DNA from: Escherichia phage Bp7
Sequence record: NC_019500.1
Strand: one strand, 5' to 3'
Length of the DNA: 64,000 nt
This document shows, piece after piece, positions 17,660-28,403 of this stretch (the stretch's first letter is position 1; each line of letters starts with the position of its first letter). The translations under genes and the position numbers were made by a program. The notes beneath the pieces were generated by a model that ran no database searches, was not told the origin of the DNA, and saw only the letters and a program-made list of their open reading frames with translations.

Positions 17660-19714
17660 ATGATGGAAAATTTAAACGAAGTTTTTGATAGCGATTCCGC
17701 TAAAAACTATCCAGTAATAAATCTTAAACCAGGTTCCGGTATCCCACAGATTTTCTCTATTAAAGCACCGGGTAATGATAACCTGGTTGCTCGTATGGTA
17801 TCTTATGCGTCTCAAGGAGACGCTATTAAAATGGTTAAGCCGGGCGACAAATATGTCCACGTTATTCTAATGAGTTTGTCAAGCAAGGGTGCTCCGGCTG
17901 AACTCAAAGGTGGTCTTGGTTCTGACCCACTCGGTACGCTGAATACCATTTTTGATACTGTATACGAACAAGTAAACAAACTTAAAATGGATGCGGTTTT
18001 ATTCCGTTTCCCTACCAAGAAAATGAAAGGTAAGGGCCCTACTGTTCAGCGTGTATTAGCTCGTTTGGCTATGGCTCGTACTGGTGGTAAGTTTAAAGTT
18101 GTTGATGCCATGTACCAATTCACTGGAAAACATACCTATGTTCTTTTAGTACGTCGTGGCACTAATATTGAAGATATCAAGGGTATGCCTGAAATTGATG
18201 CCGAACTTTATACTAAGGTTGAGTCCAAAGTTGGCGAAGTTTATGTTTCTAAGGAAACCGGCCAGTCCGTAAGTAAGGCCGAAGCTGTCTCGGCAAGTAT
18301 AGCTAAGGTTGAAGAGAAACGTACTGATAAGGCCGTCATTACCAAGACTAAGATTTCTCGTCGTGCTATTGCTATGTCGCAATCCTTAGAATCGTCACGA
18401 TTTGAAACTCCTATGTTTAAGAAATTTGATTCTAATGCTGCTGAATTGAATAAACCGGCTACGGCTCCTTTAATGTCAGAAGCAAATGAAATAAAGGTTA
18501 TTTCTAATTCTTTCTTGGCTTTAGAAAATACCATTAGTGCTAATACTGGTGGTATGTCGTTTAAAGACAACCTTCTTATTCCAGAAGATAAAATGGAAGA
18601 AATTAATACCGACATAAAAATGAGAGCTTTTGAGAAATTACATGGATTAAATGTGACTTCAGTAAAAGCCCTAGAAAATTATGCTTCAGTGGTTGATGAC
18701 GTCATCGAAGAATATAAAGGTCCTTGGCTTCAAAAGCTAATGGCTCAACATTCACACCTAGGTTATCACGAAGCAGTCGAGTTGGCTGAAAATTCTTGGA
18801 ATGCTATAAAGACCAAAATTATTCAACGTGAGCTGCGTGTTTACGCTCTTACCGCCGGTTGGCAATTGCATTCTATTATAGAAAATAAAGACGCGTCTCG
18901 TTATACTCCTGCCCAGAAACGTGGTATTCGTGAATATGTTGGCTCCGGTTACGAAGATATGAATAATGTTCTTTTAGGTCTCCATGACCCGAATGTAAGA
19001 AGCAGTATTCTGACTAATGAAGACATAGAAAAAGCTATCAATAACTTAGATTCTGCTTTTGAAAATGGCGAACGTCTACCACCAGGTATTACTCTTTATC
19101 GTTCCCAACGAATGATTCCTGATATTTACTTGGCTATGATTAGCAATAAAGTATTCTATTTCAGAAACTTTGTTTCAACTGCGATATATCCGAATATTTT
19201 TGGTACATGGATGACTGATTCTGGTGTTGGTCTTTTGCCTGACGAAAAACGTCGTGATGTTGCATTAGACAAATCGGATGAAGGTTTAGTATATTCGAAT
19301 AAAGATACTTTAGTAGGTATTGGTTGGGCCTTTACCGGTACAGATAAGGTAAATGTCGTTTTACCTGGTGGAGACTTGGCTCCTTCTAACGAAATGGAAG
19401 TAATTCTTCCTAGGGGTTTGATGGTCAAAATCAATAAAATTACAGATGCTTCATACAATAACGGAACTACTCGTTCTAACAATAAGTTCGTTCAAGCCGA
19501 AGTAATGACTGCAGACGAACTTAATGAAGCCGTGGTGTACGATGGTGATGCTCTGATGGAAACAGGCGAACTAGTTGTCTATAAAGAGGGTAATGAGCTT
19601 TCTTTTGATTCTTTTGTTTCTAATGAGAAGAAAAAGAAATCAGACAGAGGTCTTGGCTTGTTAGCTTCTTGTATAGATATCGACGCTCTCCAGTATAAAT
19701 TTGTACAAGGGTAG
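17660..19714 (+). CDS. ADP-ribosyltransferase Alt paralog (copy 2)
   Basis: 684 aa; collinear similarity to copy 1 along full length (e.g. RMVSYAS.GDAIK, RGIREYVGSGYEDMNNVLLG). Confidence 0.85.
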   Translation: MMENLNEVFDSDSAKNYPVINLKPGSGIPQIFSIKAPGNDNLVARMVSYASQGDAIKMVKPGDKYVHVILMSLSSKGAPAELKGGLGSDPLGTLNTIFDTVYEQVNKLKMDAVLFRFPTKKMKGKGPTVQRVLARLAMARTGGKFKVVDAMYQFTGKHTYVLLVRRGTNIEDIKGMPEIDAELYTKVESKVGEVYVSKETGQSVSKAEAVSASIAKVEEKRTDKAVITKTKISRRAIAMSQSLESSRFETPMFKKFDSNAAELNKPATAPLMSEANEIKVISNSFLALENTISANTGGMSFKDNLLIPEDKMEEINTDIKMRAFEKLHGLNVTSVKALENYASVVDDVIEEYKGPWLQKLMAQHSHLGYHEAVELAENSWNAIKTKIIQRELRVYALTAGWQLHSIIENKDASRYTPAQKRGIREYVGSGYEDMNNVLLGLHDPNVRSSILTNEDIEKAINNLDSAFENGERLPPGITLYRSQRMIPDIYLAMISNKVFYFRNFVSTAIYPNIFGTWMTDSGVGLLPDEKRRDVALDKSDEGLVYSNKDTLVGIGWAFTGTDKVNVVLPGGDLAPSNEMEVILPRGLMVKINKITDASYNNGTTRSNNKFVQAEVMTADELNEAVVYDGDALMETGELVVYKEGNELSFDSFVSNEKKKKSDRGLGLLASCIDIDALQYKFVQG

Positions 19715-19743
19715 TTTACAAACGCCAAGGATGGTGGTACTAT
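19714..19743 (+). promoter_or_regulatory. Putative early promoter (GTTTAC, 18 nt, TACTAT)
   Basis: Motif match. Confidence 0.5.
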
Positions 19744-19771
19744 TACCTTACACAAACATGAGGAGAACATT

Positions 19772-20062
19772 ATGAAATCTGCATTCCGCTTTAACGGTCA
19801 AGAACTGGTAGTTGAAAACGTTATCCCTGCTTCCGAAGAGTTTGACAGTGCAGTTGGTAATGAATTGCGTCGAGTTTTCGGTGAAGATAAGCAATTTGAT
19901 ATCCGTCCTGTTGAGAACTTTTCTCATCCGGAACAAACCGAAAACATTTTTAATGGTGTAGTGACTGGTCAGCTTGAATCTGAAGCTCCTATTTCAGTTA
20001 CGGTGTTTGTTAAAAAGCAACCACTAATGACTGCAGCAGGTTTCATTTCGTTCCGTAAATAA
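19772..20062 (+). CDS. Hypothetical protein
   Basis: 96 aa ORF with RBS gaggag; followed by terminator. Confidence 0.55.
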   Translation: MKSAFRFNGQELVVENVIPASEEFDSAVGNELRRVFGEDKQFDIRPVENFSHPEQTENIFNGVVTGQLESEAPISVTVFVKKQPLMTAAGFISFRK

Positions 20063-20070
20063 ACCCCTAA

Positions 20071-20096
20071 AGGAGAGCGTACGCTCTCCTTTTTTG
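20071..20096. terminator. Bidirectional rho-independent terminator AGGAGAGCGTACGCTCTCCT + T6
   Basis: 20-nt perfect palindrome with flanking T/A runs between convergent genes. Confidence 0.65.
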
Positions 20097-20108
20097 TTAT
20101 AGCAACCT

Positions 20109-21050
20109 CTATATTCCATTATTAATAGCACGCCCGCCGAATGTATTAACTAATCCTGTTAATCCACTAGAAGCTCCTGAAAGTCTACTTAATTTGGCCA
20201 CTGAAGAACTCAGGGAATTGCTCTCACTTATACCCGCCACGCCTTTAAGGACTTTATCTTCCAGCCATTCGTAAGCAGCCTGTTTACCGACTGCGCCTGT
20301 CTGTACACTTCTATAAGCAAATGTAACATCAAACGAAGCAATTTGGTTATCGCCGTCGTAAGATAATTCCGGGGAAGATACGCTCACAGGAACGCAACCA
20401 TTAAGCATTACTACCGTATGTGGTAATCCATTACGGGAATGAAGGTTGACTTGAATGTCAGCTTCAACATCCTCCGGTAATGCTCTTAATTGTGTAATAG
20501 GGTCTTGAACACTATTGACCCAATCATTAAAAGCACGGTAGTTAGCAGCTTCAGAATCCATACGGAAGCTTAATACTAATGGAGAATATTCTCTTCCGGT
20601 AATTTTGATGTTAGGTGAGTTGTGGTTCAAATCCATTTCATAGTTCAAAGTATTATCCGGGATTTTAACGGCGTGGACTAAAAGACCTGCCGTAGGATAG
20701 GCCATATTGAAAAAATCCATCAGATATGTACCTACTTCAAACTCCCCTAGTAAGCTCTGCACAACCCTGGATGACATAGCTCCAATCAAATATTTACTTA
20801 TGCCTGACTTACGAATCAACTTCTGAGTGCCCGCTGTCACTAATGTCGTAACACCTTGGGTCAACTCTCCTTGTGTAATACCAAACAAATCGCTATTCAA
20901 TGGGATATTGTTAAATAAAGCTCCACCGAACTGGTCGAGGAGCGTCTGAGATTTAGAAGAAGGAACTGTGGCAAATACCACACTAAACAGGTTATTCCTT
21001 TGTAGGTCAATATTAATTGCCTGATTCTGAAATTCTTGTAAAGTATACAT
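20109..21050 (-). CDS. 54: Baseplate tail tube initiator gp54
   Basis: 313 aa; order 48-54 and size match T4. Confidence 0.8.
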   Translation of the reverse strand: MYTLQEFQNQAINIDLQRNNLFSVVFATVPSSKSQTLLDQFGGALFNNIPLNSDLFGITQGELTQGVTTLVTAGTQKLIRKSGISKYLIGAMSSRVVQSLLGEFEVGTYLMDFFNMAYPTAGLLVHAVKIPDNTLNYEMDLNHNSPNIKITGREYSPLVLSFRMDSEAANYRAFNDWVNSVQDPITQLRALPEDVEADIQVNLHSRNGLPHTVVMLNGCVPVSVSSPELSYDGDNQIASFDVTFAYRSVQTGAVGKQAAYEWLEDKVLKGVAGISESNSLSSSVAKLSRLSGASSGLTGLVNTFGGRAINNGI

Positions 21051-22138
21051 TAGAATCCTTCCGTATAAAGTGAGCCACGGTTCAGAGTAATAATTTCACG
21101 GAAAGTAACTTCTAAACTAAACGTAGATGGTAAGTTAGGAGCAATAGCCAATCCGTTAAAATGGCCGTCCGGAGTTTTATCAAAACGGATACTCTGGATT
21201 TGGCATGGGCCAAAAATATCTTCACGACCATCATATGAACTGCTATCACCAAAGTTTCGGATATACCAAATGGTTGGGTTACTTACCACAATAACATTAG
21301 AAAGGAAGCTTGTAATACTTTCCCCTAATAGCTTACCATCAAACTTGTCAATAGCTTCTTTTTTAAATGTAGAACGATACCAAGTATCAATCTTCTCTTT
21401 TAATTCACCTGCGAAAGCCGAATTACCCGTTTCGCCGTAAGAATAATAGTTGAAGATTTCGTATATTTTAATAATCTGGATAAGGTCTTGGGCATTTCGT
21501 GGAGTCATTTCCCAAGTGAATACCTTAGTACGGTTATCCGGACCGGCGTACATACTACGAGCTGTAGTGTATATCTGTTCGCCTGAATCAGCCATTACGC
21601 CGTTAGTCACAGATTCTAATGCACCAAATACCGCGGTACTAGCAACGTTACTTAAAATACCTGTAGCAGTACCACCGCCTTTAGTAATTAAGGACTCACC
21701 AACATCATTAAATTTGTGTGATACGGAATCCACATCAGATTTAGAACGAGGTAAAAGGATATTAGCTAAGGCTTGGGTATCAAATTTAACGCCCTTAGTA
21801 TTTCCACCAAATAAGTTTTTAACAGCACTATATGTTCCACTATTGCCTGTTAATTTGCTGGCTGCACTTGAGAACTTTTTAGTCATTTGACTCGAACGGT
21901 CGTTACGCAAATCCGGAGATACACGAGAACTAAAATTATATGCGGTAAAAAGCAATCCATTTTTATAGAGGTCGTTTAATACCATATCGGTTGAGGTATC
22001 ATTACCTGAAGCACGCTCAGCTGGATACTGAGCGGTTACCGTGGTTTTTATTGCTGGTGTTTTAGATTGACCTGCGGAGGTCTTTGAACCTCCTTTAAAC
22101 AAGGAGGCTACATCAAAGTCAAGTTCTTTTACTTTCAT
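21050..22138 (-). CDS. 48: Baseplate tail tube cap gp48
   Basis: 362 aa; synteny and size. Confidence 0.8.
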   Translation of the reverse strand: MKVKELDFDVASLFKGGSKTSAGQSKTPAIKTTVTAQYPAERASGNDTSTDMVLNDLYKNGLLFTAYNFSSRVSPDLRNDRSSQMTKKFSSAASKLTGNSGTYSAVKNLFGGNTKGVKFDTQALANILLPRSKSDVDSVSHKFNDVGESLITKGGGTATGILSNVASTAVFGALESVTNGVMADSGEQIYTTARSMYAGPDNRTKVFTWEMTPRNAQDLIQIIKIYEIFNYYSYGETGNSAFAGELKEKIDTWYRSTFKKEAIDKFDGKLLGESITSFLSNVIVVSNPTIWYIRNFGDSSSYDGREDIFGPCQIQSIRFDKTPDGHFNGLAIAPNLPSTFSLEVTFREIITLNRGSLYTEGF

Positions 22139-22146
22139 TATTAATC

Positions 22147-23883
22147 CTAATTAACTTTAGTAGCTTGACGCATACCAGGGGCCGGAGTAGAGGACTGTGG
22201 AGGTAAATTATAGCTTGTCTTACTCGTTTTCTTGATATTCGTTTGCTGATTTATTTGAGTTGGAGCTTGCTGACTATATTTAGCATTTTCCTTTGCTCTC
22301 ATTTGCTCATCAACCTTTTTAACCTGGGTATTTTCAGGAGATTCCGCTACAGAAGCAGGTTTAGGCTTTTCAGCTTCATTAAATTTCTCTAAAGATTTAT
22401 TCATCTTATCAAGTAATTGCTGGATATTAAGGTCCTTCGGTGCTCCGCCTTTAGCCATAATAGGGTCGGCCAATTGTTTCTCGATATCAGCTTTAAATGC
22501 TTTGGCATTTTCGATATCTTTAGAATCAGGCTTCATTATATTATCGGCAGTTTGAGTCAAACGAATAATATCAGCCTGGGCTTTATCACGTTTCTTGAAA
22601 TACTCTAAACGTTCTTCTTCAGGGAGGTCACGGAAGCTTGTGTCAATTCCACCTGCGCGTAATTGGTCAGCTTGTTCTTTAGTAAGATTACCGTATTTCT
22701 CTGCCTGGTTTATAAGCTCAGGTTTATCCTTATACTTCTTATTCATTTTCTCGGCTGTTTCTAAAGCCTCAGCAGAACGTCTATCATGGTACTTGGCTAC
22801 TTTAGTTTGGTCTTCGACATCCAAAGTGGCTCCGGTATTTTGTTGATACGACATTAAAGCAGAAGCCTCTACGTTTTCAGCCAACTCACCCATACCAGGT
22901 ATTTTGCTTAAAATAGCAGAAATCAACTTAGAAATACCGAGCATTAAAAGCTGGGCCATATTTTTAGTAAGATTAACCATACCACGAATAATGGCTTCAG
23001 CCAGACCTAACCAGTTCCCTTCACTAAACATAGCTTCGGCATTCTTGGCCCATGTCATTAATCCTTCAAGTAACGGGCCCCACTCTTTAAACTTATCATT
23101 AAATTCTTTCCACCCTGACTCAAATTGGTCCATGAAATATTGGAAGTACACACGAATGGCATCTATACCAAATATTAAAAGGACTAAACCTGCGGCGAGT
23201 TTAGCAGCTTCAGCGGCAGCGGTAATGGTATACTTAAAAAGCATGCCTGAAATTCTATCAGCGACGCCTATAGAAGCTTTAAATCCCTTTTCAGTTATTT
23301 TAGTAAGGGCTTCAATTTTATCAGAAAGAGAAGTCTTATCACCTTCTTTACCTTCATCTGAATTTTTAGGAGGCTCGGGCATAAATTCAGCGTCAGGTTT
23401 ATTATCTTCAGGCGGAAGAATATCTTCAACAACAGCAGGAACTTTAGGAGTTTCGGCCTTAGGTTCTTCTGGAATAGAGTCTTCAATAACCTTTAATGAA
23501 CTCCCTTCCGGTGGAATAGAAATACCAGAAAATTTAGCCTCTAACATATTAGAAAGCTTATTAATCTTTTCGTTTAGTGCATCCGAAAGAGCTTTAGATT
23601 GTTGAGTTTGTTCTGATATAGCTTCAGCCGTTAATTCTGTCCCAGCAACAACATCTTGGACGCTTTTATCTACTCGGTCTACAGAACTAATAATCTGATT
23701 GGACTTTGTCTCAACCACTTCAGAGAGCAATTCAGACGCCGCCTGGGAATCGGATAAAACATCTGATATATTTCCTAATTCGTCGTTCTGAGTTTGGGCT
23801 AGCGCCTCAGCACGACGCTGAGGAGCCATTTCTTCAATCAGTTTATTGCGACGAAAACTATTCTGATTAGATTCGTTCTTCAT
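22147..23883 (-). CDS. 29: Baseplate hub/tail length determinant gp29
   Basis: 578 aa; coiled-coil rich; synteny. Confidence 0.8.
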   Translation of the reverse strand: MKNESNQNSFRRNKLIEEMAPQRRAEALAQTQNDELGNISDVLSDSQAASELLSEVVETKSNQIISSVDRVDKSVQDVVAGTELTAEAISEQTQQSKALSDALNEKINKLSNMLEAKFSGISIPPEGSSLKVIEDSIPEEPKAETPKVPAVVEDILPPEDNKPDAEFMPEPPKNSDEGKEGDKTSLSDKIEALTKITEKGFKASIGVADRISGMLFKYTITAAAEAAKLAAGLVLLIFGIDAIRVYFQYFMDQFESGWKEFNDKFKEWGPLLEGLMTWAKNAEAMFSEGNWLGLAEAIIRGMVNLTKNMAQLLMLGISKLISAILSKIPGMGELAENVEASALMSYQQNTGATLDVEDQTKVAKYHDRRSAEALETAEKMNKKYKDKPELINQAEKYGNLTKEQADQLRAGGIDTSFRDLPEEERLEYFKKRDKAQADIIRLTQTADNIMKPDSKDIENAKAFKADIEKQLADPIMAKGGAPKDLNIQQLLDKMNKSLEKFNEAEKPKPASVAESPENTQVKKVDEQMRAKENAKYSQQAPTQINQQTNIKKTSKTSYNLPPQSSTPAPGMRQATKVN

Positions 23884-24394
23884 TTAAGATATCCATGATT
23901 TTAAGCAATCCTTTGATAGGACCATTAGGACCAGGGATAGCTATAGTAGAAGTTATATCGTCGGCCCATGTAGCAACAAAGGCAGGCATATCCAGAAAAT
24001 CTGGTACATCATCACCAAGGTAAAGGGACTGTAATACACTATCAACAGGTCCAAATGTTTGAAATGGTTCATGTGATTTAAATTTAAATGTTTTACCTTG
24101 GAATTGGAATTCAAGTCGTTGGCAGATATAAAGGTCATTTAAGTTATAAGTAAACCCGTCTTTGGTTACTTTACTTTTTAATCTTCCGTTGAATTCTAAA
24201 AGGTGAAGAGCGGCAAAATCGGTCTCTGCCGCGGATAAATCTTTATAAATGGAATTCATTAATATGTGAAGAGCCTTGTAAGGGTCTTTTTCATCTTTAA
24301 CCAATTTCTGGTGTTTAAGACCCAATTTAGGAATAGAAATCTCTTTATCACCCAGCGTTATTTTCTTGATCGGGAGTATCAGTTTTAAGTTCAT
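23867..24394 (-). CDS. 28: Baseplate hub distal subunit gp28
   Basis: about 175 aa from internal ATG; synteny between 27 and 29. Confidence 0.65.
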   Translation of the reverse strand: MNLKLILPIKKITLGDKEISIPKLGLKHQKLVKDEKDPYKALHILMNSIYKDLSAAETDFAALHLLEFNGRLKSKVTKDGFTYNLNDLYICQRLEFQFQGKTFKFKSHEPFQTFGPVDSVLQSLYLGDDVPDFLDMPAFVATWADDITSTIAIPGPNGPIKGLLKIMDILNEERI

Positions 24395-25517
24395 TTTTAA
24401 CCTTCGGTGGTTCTTCAATCTTAATAGGCTTACCATTAGTAAACATATAAAGGTTTGTAATTGATGTATTGTTACTCACTTCATGAATAACTTCGTCTAC
24501 ATAAAAATCGTATTGGAATTGGTTTTTAGGGTCATAGAAATTAATCTTATCGCCTGGAGTTAGTTCAAAGTTACCGTATACCTTACAATGCGCGTAGCCG
24601 TCGTATTGGGCCATAGTAACTAATCTATCGGCTTCTTCAAATCCGTTTCGGTAGGTATAATCAGAATATCCACCAGAGCGAGAAACCAATATACTGTTTT
24701 GCCCATCGCCAAAAGTAATTCGTGTGGCGTTTTTGTCTAAGAAAGAGTGGGCGTATATAGTAGCGTTTTCATATGGCTTTCTGGAATGCTGGTTGGCTTT
24801 AGTTAACCATTCAAAATCAAATGCGATAGGAGTATCCATATCTTGAACGTATTGGCCTATTAAACGCGGCTCACCCACCACAAAATTAATTGGCTCTTGA
24901 TTAACCATAAATTCATAGTCCATAATAGAAATACCATCTATATCTTCCCAGACAAATACAAATTTATCAGATTCAACGGCCATACCTACTTCTCGTACAA
25001 ATTCCATATAACGGTCCATTGAATCGCACCAAGGGACATTAGGAACATAAACGTTTATCCCGTTCAATGGAGGTGCAAGAAGTGGACGGTCTTGGTAAAT
25101 AACACCAATCATTTCTGTTAATGTTTCTTGAACACTAGGGAAGAACATACGCCCGAATTTAAGATTTTCTAAAAAGTGGATTGGGGCGAGTTGTATTGTT
25201 ATGATATTGTCGCCCTTCGAATCCACTCCTACAGCAAAGTGTTTGCTTCCATAAATTCTTGACTGGGTACGCTCGGAGTTAGCGTTCTTAACAGAAATTT
25301 GGATAATCTGCTCACCGTCCATTTTAGTATGAAGGTTCTTTGCATCATAAAACTGGAGCAGCCCTTCATTACTACCGTAAAGCCCATCTCGCATTGTTAG
25401 AGTAGTAAATGTTGCGCCTAGTTCAACAAAACGATGCTCTAACCAGGCGTCATAATCTTCGTAAAGGCGTATACTGATATTAGGAAAGCCTTCACGTTGC
25501 ATAGTTTTTGAACTCAT
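24348..25517 (-). CDS. 27: Baseplate hub subunit gp27
   Basis: 389 aa; synteny and size (T4 391 aa). Confidence 0.8.
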   Translation of the reverse strand: MSSKTMQREGFPNISIRLYEDYDAWLEHRFVELGATFTTLTMRDGLYGSNEGLLQFYDAKNLHTKMDGEQIIQISVKNANSERTQSRIYGSKHFAVGVDSKGDNIITIQLAPIHFLENLKFGRMFFPSVQETLTEMIGVIYQDRPLLAPPLNGINVYVPNVPWCDSMDRYMEFVREVGMAVESDKFVFVWEDIDGISIMDYEFMVNQEPINFVVGEPRLIGQYVQDMDTPIAFDFEWLTKANQHSRKPYENATIYAHSFLDKNATRITFGDGQNSILVSRSGGYSDYTYRNGFEEADRLVTMAQYDGYAHCKVYGNFELTPGDKINFYDPKNQFQYDFYVDEVIHEVSNNTSITNLYMFTNGKPIKIEEPPKVKNELKTDTPDQENNAG

Positions 25518-26266
25518 TTCTTAAGGTCCTTTTCAACCAAAGACAAAGCAATACCGCGTTCGATTGGAATCATCTGCATAATGCTTTCTAATGAATAATT
25601 GTTCTTTACCAATAAATGGTTTATTTGGTAAAATAAAAATATCTCATCCGGATTGACTATAAGCTTAAACACCTCTAAAATATCGGTATACGTAATTGTT
25701 CTACGATTACAGCACCCATATTTGAGTTCGAAATGAATAGGGCTAGTTTGTTTAACTATATCCTCTAAAGTGGATAAGTCAATAGCATCTATTACGGCTA
25801 ATTGGTCCTCTTCTGAAAGGTCTGACCAATTATATTTTCCGTTTTCATCTTCTACGGTTTGGAGGGTGTTCAAAATCAATTCAGATTTATCGTGATATTC
25901 TATTTCCGGAAATTTGAATGTTAGCTTCAAGCCTGCCACTTCAATTGTAGGGTTATCTAACTTGGCCTGTTTCAAATTGAATAAGACTTGTCTATCCTTT
26001 TCACACTTACTGCAAGTGTATCGGATAGGAATTTTTGTCTTGCCGAGTGATGACGTGTAAAGTTCAATGAACATATACGGGCGCCATGACATAGGATATT
26101 CACCGAAGTATTCTTCCAGTAACTCATCTAAAATTTGTTTTTGCTCTTCAGGCGATTTATTATTCATGTCATTTCGAATCAAAATAAAATCACGATAATC
26201 AGCTACTGTAAAAGGTTTAAATCGGTGGACTCCATCAGGCATTTCACAACGTACTATATTAGCCAT
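25514..26266 (-). CDS. 51: Baseplate hub assembly catalyst gp51
   Basis: about 250 aa from ATG with RBS aagagga; divergent from gene 26 as in T4. Confidence 0.7.
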   Translation of the reverse strand: MANIVRCEMPDGVHRFKPFTVADYRDFILIRNDMNNKSPEEQKQILDELLEEYFGEYPMSWRPYMFIELYTSSLGKTKIPIRYTCSKCEKDRQVLFNLKQAKLDNPTIEVAGLKLTFKFPEIEYHDKSELILNTLQTVEDENGKYNWSDLSEEDQLAVIDAIDLSTLEDIVKQTSPIHFELKYGCCNRRTITYTDILEVFKLIVNPDEIFLFYQINHLLVKNNYSLESIMQMIPIERGIALSLVEKDLKK

Positions 26267-26286
26267 AGGGTGTCCTCTTATTGATG

Positions 26287-26294
26287 TATTTATA
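26287..26294 (-). promoter_or_regulatory. Late promoter TATAAATA (minus strand) for gene 51
   Basis: Exact T4 late promoter octamer on minus strand. Confidence 0.5.
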
Positions 26295-26298
26295 AATA
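26291..26298 (+). promoter_or_regulatory. Late promoter TATAAATA (plus strand) for genes 26-25
   Basis: Exact octamer, overlapping the divergent one. Confidence 0.5.
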
Positions 26299-26316
26299 AG
26301 CTTAAAGGAGAAGACA

Positions 26317-26940
26317 ATGAATTATACTTTTGACGTAAAAATTAAAAACAAAACCATAAAATGCAGAGCATTTACCCTCAGAGAGTATAAGGACTTGCTC
26401 CAAGCTAAATTAGAAGGCAGAATAGAGTCCTTTATCAATGAACTCATTTCGAATTGCACAGATGCTCGTGATTTAAACAAGCAAGAATCTGAGCTCCTGG
26501 TGATAAACCTGTGGGCCCATTCATTAGCTGAAGTGAATATAGAACGTGAGTGGAGTTGTAGTTGTGGTCGCTCACAGGTTGTCCCTATGACACTAACTCG
26601 AGCAACATTGGGTAAAGAGCCGGATGTTATTAAAGACTTTGGCAACTTTAAAATTGTTTTCAGATATCCTAAACTCTTTGAAGATAAAAATAGAGCTATG
26701 ATGGTCGCCGGGTGTATCGATTATATTTTAACTTCTGCAGGCGAAAAGCTTTTTCTTTCCGATTTAAGCGATGCGGAACTTGATGACCTTTATTCTGTGA
26801 TAACAGAAAAAGATATAAAAGAAGTTTATGATGCACTAGTCGCCCCTAAGCCTATTTTGGCTATACCTATTTCTTGTGAATGTGGTGAACACACCGTCCA
26901 CGTTATTGAGGGACTTAAAGAGTTCTTTAAGGTGATGTAA
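26317..26940 (+). CDS. 26: Baseplate hub subunit gp26
   Basis: 207 aa (T4 208 aa); divergent from 51. Confidence 0.7.
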   Translation: MNYTFDVKIKNKTIKCRAFTLREYKDLLQAKLEGRIESFINELISNCTDARDLNKQESELLVINLWAHSLAEVNIEREWSCSCGRSQVVPMTLTRATLGKEPDVIKDFGNFKIVFRYPKLFEDKNRAMMVAGCIDYILTSAGEKLFLSDLSDAELDDLYSVITEKDIKEVYDALVAPKPILAIPISCECGEHTVHVIEGLKEFFKVM

Positions 26941-27329
26941 TGAATATCAATAAAATGTATTCAGATTTAGACCCTGAAATGAGGACGTCTTGGAATAGAG
27001 ACGTCGCTAAAGCTACAGGTGCTCGCGCAGTAAAAAATAGTTTGTTAGGCATTATTACTACTCGCAAAGGTTCACGCCCTTTTATGCCAGAATTCGGTTG
27101 TGATATCAGTAACCAACTGTTTGAGAATATTACTCCACTAATCACGGATACCATTAAGCGTAATATAGTTTCCGCTGTGCGGAACTTCGAACCCAGAATT
27201 TCTACCCTGGCTGTAGGTGTGACACCTGTGTACGATGATAACTCGATTATAGTGACGGTTCAGTTTAGTATAGTTGATGACCCTGATACATTAGAGCAAA
27301 TTAGAATCCAACTCTCACAGAGTGGTTAA
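26940..27329 (+). CDS. 25: Baseplate wedge subunit gp25
   Basis: 129 aa; gpW/gp25-like; synteny 26-25-uvsY. Confidence 0.8.
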   Translation: MNINKMYSDLDPEMRTSWNRDVAKATGARAVKNSLLGIITTRKGSRPFMPEFGCDISNQLFENITPLITDTIKRNIVSAVRNFEPRISTLAVGVTPVYDDNSIIVTVQFSIVDDPDTLEQIRIQLSQSG

Positions 27330-27387
27330 TTGCTGTTCAATTGAATAGTGTATAATGGTCCTATGGTTATTACACAGGAAACATGCG

Positions 27388-27822
27388 ATGAGTAAAGAGA
27401 TTGAATATAAATTAGAGTCGTTTCAAGATGCTTTGGATGAAGATTTAAAGATTGATGGGACTCGTTTACAGTACGAAGTACAGAACAACGTTTTGCTGCA
27501 CAGCAAATGGCTAAGGCTGTATACGAATTGTAAGAAAGAAATAATGAGATTAGAAATCCAGAAAAAGACCTCACTTAAGAAGCGATTAGATTTCTACACG
27601 GGCCGTGGAGAGCCTGGTGATGAGGTTTGTATGGACCAATATGAGAAGTCTGAATTAAAGACCGTTATGGCTGCGGATTCTAGTGTAATTAAAATCGACA
27701 CATCAATTCAGTATTGGGCTTTATTACAAGACTTTTGTAGTTCAGCACTTGATGCTATTAAGGCGCGTGGTTTTAACCTTAAGACCATGCATGAGATGAG
27801 ACAATTTGAGGCAGGTAAATAA
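27388..27822 (+). CDS. uvsY: Recombination mediator UvsY
   Basis: DGTRLQYEVQNNVLLHSKWLRLY...DTSIQYWALLQDFCSSALDAIKARGF matches T4 UvsY. Confidence 0.85.
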   Translation: MSKEIEYKLESFQDALDEDLKIDGTRLQYEVQNNVLLHSKWLRLYTNCKKEIMRLEIQKKTSLKKRLDFYTGRGEPGDEVCMDQYEKSELKTVMAADSSVIKIDTSIQYWALLQDFCSSALDAIKARGFNLKTMHEMRQFEAGK

Positions 27823-27949
27823 TGAGACGTACTAAAAATACCAAACCCATTAAAGTAGATGCCGATAAAATGAAACTTCTTCAAGAATTCATTAATGCCG
27901 CTTTATCAAGTAATAAATAGATATGTAAGTTAAACTAAGGAGACAATCA

Positions 27950-28116
27950 TGTCAGATAAGATTTGCGTTGTCTGTAAAACTCCAATCGATGCTGCATTGG
28001 TTGTTGAAACAGAAAAAGGTCCGGTTCATCCGGGTTCATGTTATAATTACGTTCAAAGCCTGCCTGTTACGGAAAACACTGAAGAACAGCTGAACGAAAC
28101 CCAATTACTACTTTAG
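27950..28116 (+). CDS. Small Cys-containing protein (uvsY.-2-like), tentative
   Basis: 55 aa; CVVCKTPID...HPGSC. Confidence 0.4.
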
Positions 28117-28145
28117 TCTAGTGAGTCTAGCCCTTTAGGGTTACC

Positions 28146-28175
28146 GGCCCTTCCGAAAGGTTGGGCCTTTTTTGT
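28146..28175 (+). terminator. Hairpin GGCCC...GGGCC + T6
   Basis: Stem-loop followed by TTTTTT between convergent uvsY region and uvsW.1. Confidence 0.4.
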
Positions 28176-28403
28176 TTAGAAATCTTCCTCTTCCTCGTCG
28201 TCCATCGACTCCAATTCAGCTCTCTTACCAGCCAATGCATCACGCACGCTAATATCATCCGAATCACGAAGTTCGGCTTCCTTACTACGAGTTTTGTAAT
28301 ACTTTTCCAATTCCTTCAGACCATCCATAGTCTGACAAGAACCAATTTTAGCCATGAAGCTTTCAATAGATGCTTCCTGAATAACTTCTTTAAAGGTTTT
28401 CAT
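28176..28403 (-). CDS. uvsW.1: UvsW.1
   Basis: 75 aa acidic C-terminus, located downstream of uvsW as in T4. Confidence 0.6.
   Translation of the reverse strand: MKTFKEVIQEASIESFMAKIGSCQTMDGLKELEKYYKTRSKEAELRDSDDISVRDALAGKRAELESMDDEEEEDF

Noticed and set aside
22904-23605. 233-aa plus-strand ORF and other short plus-strand ORFs across 20109-25517
   Set aside because: All overlap conserved minus-strand baseplate genes; no independent signals.
28148-28161. 14-mer GCCCTTCCGAAAG shared with 58497-58510
   Set aside because: Several chance 14-mer matches are expected in 64 kb; the second copy lies inside gene 8 coding sequence with no repeat context.
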